Positions 56,728 through 64,000 of a stretch of DNA of 64,000 nucleotides are shown here, piece by piece. This stretch comes from Octopus vulgaris (Eukaryota). Made by a program: the position numbers and the translations under genes. The DNA is taken from assembly GCA_951406725.2 (NCBI GenBank), contig OX597837.1:37696001-37760000 (forward strand), read 5' to 3'. Positions within the stretch are counted from its first letter, which is position 1. Each line of letters starts with the position of its first letter. A model generated the notes under the pieces. That model did no database searches and was not told the DNA's origin. It saw only the letters and a program-made list of their open reading frames with translations.

Positions 56728-57374
56728 GCACACATATACATACATTCATACACATACATTCATACACACACATACATACATACATATATATATACATAAA
56801 TACATACATTCATTCATATATATATATAGACATGCATACAAACATACATACACACACACACACATACATATGTATATACATACATACATACATACATACA
56901 TGCATACATATATGTTGTGTGAGAGAGAGTGAAAGAGAAAGTGTTGAAGTAGTAAAGCTTACAATGAGGAGTAGGAGGAGGTGGAGGTGGAGGAGGGGAC
57001 AAGGGGGTAGGAAAGTAAATCACAGTGTTTTAAGCAGTGTGGTGGTGGCGGTGGAAGAGAGGGCAATGGCCACTTAGAAAAGGAGAGGAGGAGATGGTGG
57101 AGGGGCAGTTAGGCAGGTATGGATGGATGTATGAATGTATTCACGTGTCTCTCTGTATTTATTTATATACACATGTATATAAGTATATGTGTGTGTGTGT
57201 GTGTGTTTGTGTGTGTGTGACATCTGTCTGCATGCATGTATATGTATATATATATATATATATGTGTGTGCGTGTATATTATACACACACAAGCATGCAC
57301 ATATATATACACACACATATCTATCAATATATATATATACATGCATACATACATACATATATACATATATATAC

Positions 57375-57408
<34 letters not shown>

Positions 57409-57440
57409 TTATACATACATATATATATACATATATATAT

Positions 57441-57477
<37 letters not shown>

Positions 57478-57478
57478 T

Positions 57479-57524
<46 letters not shown>

Positions 57525-58922
57525 CGGCTGGCTGCATGTATGTGTGTGTGTATGTATGTATGTATATATGTGTGTGTGTGTGTGTTTGTGTATATTATAC
57601 ACACTCATGCATCCACATATATACACACACATGTCTATCAATATATATATATACATGCATACATATATATATATATTTTTATATATATATATATATACGC
57701 ACACATGCATACACACACATATATATATATGCGCATGCATGCATACACACACACATACACATGTACACAGACCCCTCCCCCACATGACCACCCCTGTCAA
57801 TAAACTATATTCCACATTGCTCTCAATAATACAGAAAAACAATGATGTCATAACAACTGTTTAGCATCTCACGGGATTGGGAAGAGTGCGGAATGGTGGT
57901 AGTGGTGGTGGTGGTGGTAGTATTAATGCTGTTTTAAGTGGTGGTAGTAATGGCAATAGTGGTGGTGATGGTGGTGGTGATGATGATGATGATAGTGGTG
58001 ATGGTGGTGGCGGTAAGCATGGTGGTGGTGGCAGTGGCAATAGTGGTGGTGATGGTGTTGGTTGTGAAGATGGTAGTGGTGATGGTTGTGGTGATGGTGG
58101 TGGTTGTGAAGATGGTAGTGGTGATGGTTGTGGTGATGGTTGTGGTGGTGGTGGTGGTTGTGAAGATGGTAGTGGTGATGGTGGTAGTGGTGATGGTGGT
58201 GGTGGTGGTACTGGTGGTGATGACGATGATGGTGATAGTGGTGGTGGTTATTAAGATGGTGTTGGTTGTGAAGATGGTGGTGGTGGTGGTGGTGGTAGTG
58301 GTGATGTTGGTATTGATGGTGGTGTCGGTGGTAGCGGTGATGGTGGCGGAAGTCATTGTATTGTGGTTATAAGTGGCACTAGTGATGGCGAAACTGGTGG
58401 TGGTGGTAGTGGTAGTGGTGTAGTGGTAGTGGTGGTGGTAGTGGTGATGGTTGTGGTGGTGACAGTGGAGGAGGTTCTATTGTAGATAATAGCAGAGACA
58501 GGGATGGTGGCAGTGGTGGTGGTGGTAGTGGTGGCAGTGGTGGTAGTGGTAGTGGTGGTGGTGGTGGTGGTAGTGGTGGTGGTGGTGGTGGTGGTGGTGG
58601 TAGTCATGTTTTTTTTTATTTCTTGTTATTTATTATTTGCCTTTTCTCATCCATTCTATTGTATTGCATTGTGTGTGTGTGAGAATGTGTGTGTGTGTGT
58701 GTGTACATGTGAGTGTGTGTGTGTGAGAATGTGTGTGTGTGTGTACATGTGAGTGTGTGTGTGTGTGTGAATGTGTGTGTGTGTGTGTGTACATGTGTGT
58801 GTGTGTGTGTGAGAATGTGTGTGTACATGTGAGTGTGTGTGTGTGTGTGAGAATGTGTGTGTGTGTACATGTGAGTGTGTGTGTGTGAGGATGTGTGTGT
58901 GTGTGTGTACATGTGAGTGTGT

Positions 58923-58969
<47 letters not shown>

Positions 58970-59784
58970 AATGTGTGTGTGTGTACATGTGAGTGTGTGT
59001 GTGTGTGAGAATGTGTGTGTGTGTACATGTGAGTGTGTGTGTGTGAGAATGTGTGTGTGTGTGTACATGTGTGTGTGTGTACATGTGTGTGTGTGTGTGT
59101 GTGGTCTTGAGGGGAGGTAGGAAAGAGAGATTAGTGGAAGGAAGGAAGGGGGAGGAGATGATCAAAAAGAAGAGAATTAAAACATGTGAGGAAAGTGTGT
59201 GTGTGTGTGAGTTTATGTATGTGTGTGTGTGTGTGTGTGCATGTGTGTGTGTACATGTGTGTGTGTGTGTGTGTGTATGTATATATGTACGTATTTATGT
59301 ATTTATGTATGTGTGTATGTATGTATGTTTGTGTGTGTGTATGTATTTATGTATGTGTGTCTGTGTGTGAGTATGCATGTGTGTCTATGCAAGAATGTAT
59401 GTATGCATATATGTATTTATGTCTGTAAGTATGTATGTTCATGTGTGTGTGTGTGTGTGCGTGTAAATGTATGTATTTATGCATTTATGTATGCATGTAT
59501 GTATATGTGTGTACATGTGTGTGTGTGGTTGTGTATATATGTAAGTATGTATTTATTTATGTATGCATGTACGTATGTATGTGTGTGTATTTGTGTGTGT
59601 ATATATGTATGTATTTATGTATGCATGTGTGTGTACATGTGTGTGTGTGTGGTTGTGTATATATGTAAGTATTTATTTATGTATGCATGTACATATGTAT
59701 GAGTGTGTATATATGTATGTATTTATGTATGCATGTGTGTATGTATGTGTGTGGTGTATAGAGGTGTGTGCACTCACACACAAA

Positions 59785-59860
<76 letters not shown>

Positions 59861-61527
59861 CTTATATACATACATGCAAATGTATGTCCTGGAAAATAAA
59901 AAATGTGAAGATGAATGCATTGAGATATAGACAATGGTGAATAGAATGTTGAGGATGGGAGAGAGAGAGAGAGAGGGAGAGGGAGAGAGGGAGAATGAGT
60001 GAGAGTGGAGGAGTGGGAGGGACTGGGAAATAGACAGAGAAGAAAGAGTATGAAAGAAGGAGAGTGGGAAGGAGAGGGAGAAAGAGGAAAGAGAAAGAAT
60101 GAGATTAAAGGTGAGAGAGGTGAGAGAGAGACAGGAAGAAAAGGAAAGCAAGAGAAAAGGAGAGAGAGAGAGAGAGAGCAAGAGATAGAGAGAAAGAGAG
60201 AGAAGGAAAGAGAGGAGAAAGTGAGAAAAGACAAAGAGAAGAAACAAATAGATAAATATATATATATATATATATACACACACATACACACACACATATA
60301 TATATATATAAATATATATAGAAAGATATATAGAAGACAAATTGATAGAGTGAGAGGTTGAGATAGAGATAGAGAGAGCTGATAGATAGACAGAAAGAAA
60401 GAGTGAGAGAGAGAGAGGGGGGGAGAGAAAGGGGAAAGAGAGAAGTTGAGATAATATTCTGTTATCAGGAATCCAGAAATGCAATCTGTATATTTTTCCT
60501 TATTCTCTTTTGTGTCACTTTAGAATTGCCGGTTCTTTTGTGTGGTTCTGGTAAACCATTCTTCTCTCTCTCTCTCTCCCTTTCTCTTTTTCTTTCCTCT
60601 CTCTCTCTTTTTCTTTCTCTCTCTCTCCCTTTCTCTTTTTCTCTCTCTCTCTTTCTTTCTCTCTCTTTCTCTTTCTTTCTCTCTCTCTCTCTTTAATTGC
60701 TCCATACTTAAAGAATTCACCAGCTTCTCTCTCTCTCTCATTCTTGCCTTTGTCTCTTTCTTTTCTCTACATCTCTCTTGCTCTTTCTCTCTCCTTCATT
60801 CTATCTTTATTTCTCTCTCTCATTTTTTTCTCCTTCTCTTTCTCTCTTTTACTCTCTATTATATTTCTGTCTTTCTCTATATCTCTCTCTTTCTCTCTCA
60901 CATTTGCTTTACTATGTCTTTGCCTACCACTCCCTTGTTCTTTCCCTCATCCCCTTCTCTCCACCTCTCTCTCTCTCTATATATATATATATAAACGATG
61001 ATGATGATGATGATATATATTTCACTTAACTATGCCCCCTCCTCCCCCCTTTCAATTTCTCTCTCTCTCTTTATGATGTTTCCTTTCTCCATCTCCCTCA
61101 GTAACTCTCTTTCACACTTCACTATATCTCCTCCTCCTTCTCTCTCTCTCTCCGATGCACACACACACGCACAATGCTCAAAATTAGATTTTCTCTTCAC
61201 TCCTCCTCTTGAACACATAAGGTCAGATTCTCCATTACCAATGTTTATTATTTCTTCTTTGTCTTCCTCTTCCTCTTCTTCTTTCTCTGTAAACTCTTCT
61301 CTCTCTCTAAATATTTATGTATTAAAATATTTATGAATATATCTATCCAACTTTGTGTCCATCCATCCACTCATTCTGCCTGCCTATCTATCTATCTATC
61401 TATCTATTTATTTATCTATCTATCTCTTTCTATCTATCTATCTATCTATCTTTATCTATCTATCTATCTATCTCTCTATCTATCTATCTATTTATTTATC
61501 TATCTATCTCTTTCTATCTATCTATCT

Positions 61528-61615
<88 letters not shown>

Positions 61616-61680
61616 TTATCTATCTATCTATCTGCCAGACTGTCTCTACATACCTACCTACCTACCTATCTATCTATCTA
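56550..61680. repeat. Large compound microsatellite field: (TA/CA)n, (GGT/GAT)n, (GT)n, (GA)n, (CT)n, (TATC)n
   Basis: Direct inspection; source of the long pseudo-ORFs in this region. Confidence 0.9.
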
Positions 61681-61850
61681 TAGGTCCAAGTATGGCTGTG
61701 AAGATAAGAAGTTTCCTTCCCAACCATATGGTTTCAAGTTCAATTCCTCTGCATGGCACCTTTGGTAAAAAGCAGATTGACTCAGGACTTCAATACATTG
61801 TTTACATTATTTACATTTGACGGATATTTGCCCTCATCTTGTTTGTTGTT

Positions 61851-61896
61851 AACACAATGTTTCAGCTGATATACTCTCCAGCCTTCATCAGGTGTC
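61851..61896 (-). ncRNA. Minimal hammerhead motif (left arm of head-to-head SINE pair)
   Basis: GACAC-CUGAUGA-A-GGCUG...CAGCU-GAA-ACAU-U^GUGUU; same family as 32949. Confidence 0.62.
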
Positions 61897-62168
61897 TTGG
61901 GAAAATTTCAAACCTGGGTTCTCATTCCTAAGGTATTTTTCAATGTTATTATTATTTTTATTATTATTCAGGTCACTGCCTGGAATCGAATTCGGAATCT
62001 TGGGGTTAGTTAACCACTATGCCATATGCCCGTGGGTGTAGTGGTTAAGAGCATGGGCTACTAACCCCAAGACTCCGAGTTTGATTCAAGGCAGTGACTT
62101 GAATAATAATAATAATAACATCGAAAAATACCTTAGGAATGAGAACCCAGGTTCAAAATTCCCCCCAA

Positions 62169-62214
62169 GACACCTGATGAAGGCTGGAAGGTATATCAGC
62201 CGAAATGTTGTGTT
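62169..62214 (+). ncRNA. Minimal hammerhead motif (right arm of head-to-head SINE pair)
   Basis: GACAC-CUGAUGA-A-GGCUG[GAAGGUAUAU]CAGCC-GAA-AUGU-U^GUGUU. Confidence 0.68.
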
Positions 62215-62940
62215 AACAACAAACAAGATGAGGACAAATATCCATCAAATGTAAATAATGTAAATAATTCCTCATCTCTTGAATGTAGAACTGTCCCTTC
62301 AATATATTATACTATTATAGGATGGAACCAGTGGGAAAGGTAGACCCAGGAACACAATGAGATGAGGTGGTGAAGCATGATCTTCAGATGTCGGGCCTCA
62401 TGGAGGTGATGATATGTGACTGAGATCTTTGGTGCTTGAGAAGACTCGTCAAGCCAAGTAAAAATTGTAGTGGTGGCCATTGCCAGTTTTATGTAAATGG
62501 CATGTAAAAAGCACCCACTACATTCTTGGAGTGGTCGGCATTAGGAAGGGCATCCAGCTGTGGAAACCATGCCAAAGAAGACTGGAACCTGGTGCAGCTC
62601 TCCTGCTTGCCAGCTCTGGTCAAATTGTCTAAGCCAGTGGCTCCCAGACTTTTTTGGGCTGCCACCCCCTTGACACCCTTTCTGAAGCAAATTCAAACCA
62701 ACCGTATTTCACAAATAAAACTTAATCTCATGAACCCTTTATTTTGTTGTTTTTACATGAATCGCTACCCCATTATCTCCCCCCTTTTCTTCAACGCCCC
62801 CTTGGAACTTTCCACCTCCCTGTTACCTTAGGAATTTGTCCTTCTTGCAGTTAGAAAACATCATCTGCGGATCTCACTCTTCTTCCCTGCTACAAACTTC
62901 TGCAGGTTATGTAGATTGGCTGTTTGCAGGACTCCCCTAC

Positions 62941-63083
62941 ATCAGTTTCTGTCTGCCAAATCCACTCACAAGGCTTTGGTCGGCCCGAGGCTATAGTAGA
63001 AGACACTTGCCTAAGGTACCACACGCAGTGGGACTGAACCCAGAACCATGCGGTTGGTAAGCAAGCTACTTACCACACATACA

Positions 63084-63129
<46 letters not shown>

Positions 63130-63286
63130 AAACATGGGCTTCTTTTAGTTTCCATCTACCAAATCCATTCACAAGGCTTTGGTCGGCCCGAGGCTATAGT
63201 AGAAGACACTTGCCCAAGGTACCACACGCAGTGGGACTGAACCCAGAACCATGCGGTTGGTAAGCAAGCTACTTACCACACATACA

Positions 63287-63328
<42 letters not shown>

Positions 63329-63487
63329 AAACATGGGCTTCTTTTAGTTTCCATCTACCAAATCCATTCACAAGGCTTTGGTCGGCCCGAGGCTATAGTA
63401 GAAGACACTTGCCCAAGGTACCACACGCAGTGGGACTGAACCCAGAACCATGCGGTTGGTAAGCAAGCTACTTACCACACATACACC

Positions 63488-63523
<36 letters not shown>

Positions 63524-63730
63524 AAACATGGGCTTCTTTTAGTTTCCATCTACCAAATCCATTCACAAGGCTTTGGTCGGCCCAAGGCTATAATACAAGA
63601 CACCTGCCCAAGGTGCCACGCAGTGGGACTGAACCCGGAACCATATGGTTGGTAAGCAAGCTACTTACCACACAGCCACACCTACACCTATATATATACA
63701 CAAAACATGGGCTTCTTTTAGTTTCCATCT
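62941..63730 (-). repeat. Tandem array of ~197-bp SINE 5' halves
   Basis: Four units plus a partial one; the first three share the private variant GGTACCACACGCAG. Confidence 0.88.
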
Positions 63731-64000
63731 ACCAGTTTTACTCCCAAGGTATTGGTTAACCTGCAGCTAGAACACAAGACACCAGCCAACAGTATCAACA
63801 CAGAGGAATCGAACCCCTAATCTCATGATTCAAAAACAAACTTCTTAACCACACAGCCATGCCTCTACTTATTAACCCTTTGGCATTCAGGATTCCTTAC
63901 TCTTTTACTCTTTTACTTGTTTCAGTCATTTGACTGCGGCCATGCTGGAGCACCGCCTTTTAGTCGAGCAAATCGACCCCGGGACTTATGCTTTGTAAGC

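Larger units (their letters stand above)
61796..62296. mobile_element. Head-to-head pair of tRNA-headed, hammerhead-tailed SINE-like elements
   Basis: The two arms are near reverse complements. A-box TAGTGGTTAA, B-box GAGTT(C/T)GATTC, (AAT)n linker, hammerhead. CTTCAATA at 61788 and 62297 is a possible TSD. Confidence 0.7.

Noticed and set aside
57877-58372. Gly/Asp/Cys-rich ORF resembling a structural protein
   Set aside because: Degenerate (GGT/GAT)n tract within a microsatellite field; open in multiple frames.
62030-62100. Functional tRNA gene
   Set aside because: No acceptor stem or terminator; it is a SINE head, as are the other A/B-box sequences in the window.

Overview
AT-rich, microsatellite-saturated eukaryotic DNA whose SINE and microsatellite content looks like an octopus (coleoid cephalopod) genome; the taxon is inferred, not looked up. 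Two real genes are present, arranged tail to tail. One is a 10-exon phosphoglucomutase (PGM1-like) on the minus strand (38384..14528; I assembled 1689 nt = 562 aa, all introns GT-AG). The other is an intronless, highly divergent class A GPCR (8159..9148, +). Nearly all other ORFs in the track are translations of microsatellites or SINEs. The rest is mobile DNA: tRNA-derived SINEs, RTE and Tx1-like LINE pieces, DD34D mariner and DD37D maT remnants, MITEs with 8-bp TSDs, and non-autonomous Helitrons. The most interesting signal is a set of minimal type I hammerhead ribozyme motifs (CUGAnGA / stem II / GAAA / palindromic stem III / NUH) from several distinct sequence families. They sit in short elements that are often embedded in (TA)n and often have an inverted partial copy in front. 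One family carries a tRNA-like Pol III head, and a decayed Penelope-type GIY-YIG endonuclease lies among them. Together these suggest a Penelope-driven set of ribozyme-bearing non-autonomous retroelements (retrozyme- or SINE-like). All folds were read by eye, and no activity or novelty check could be run.
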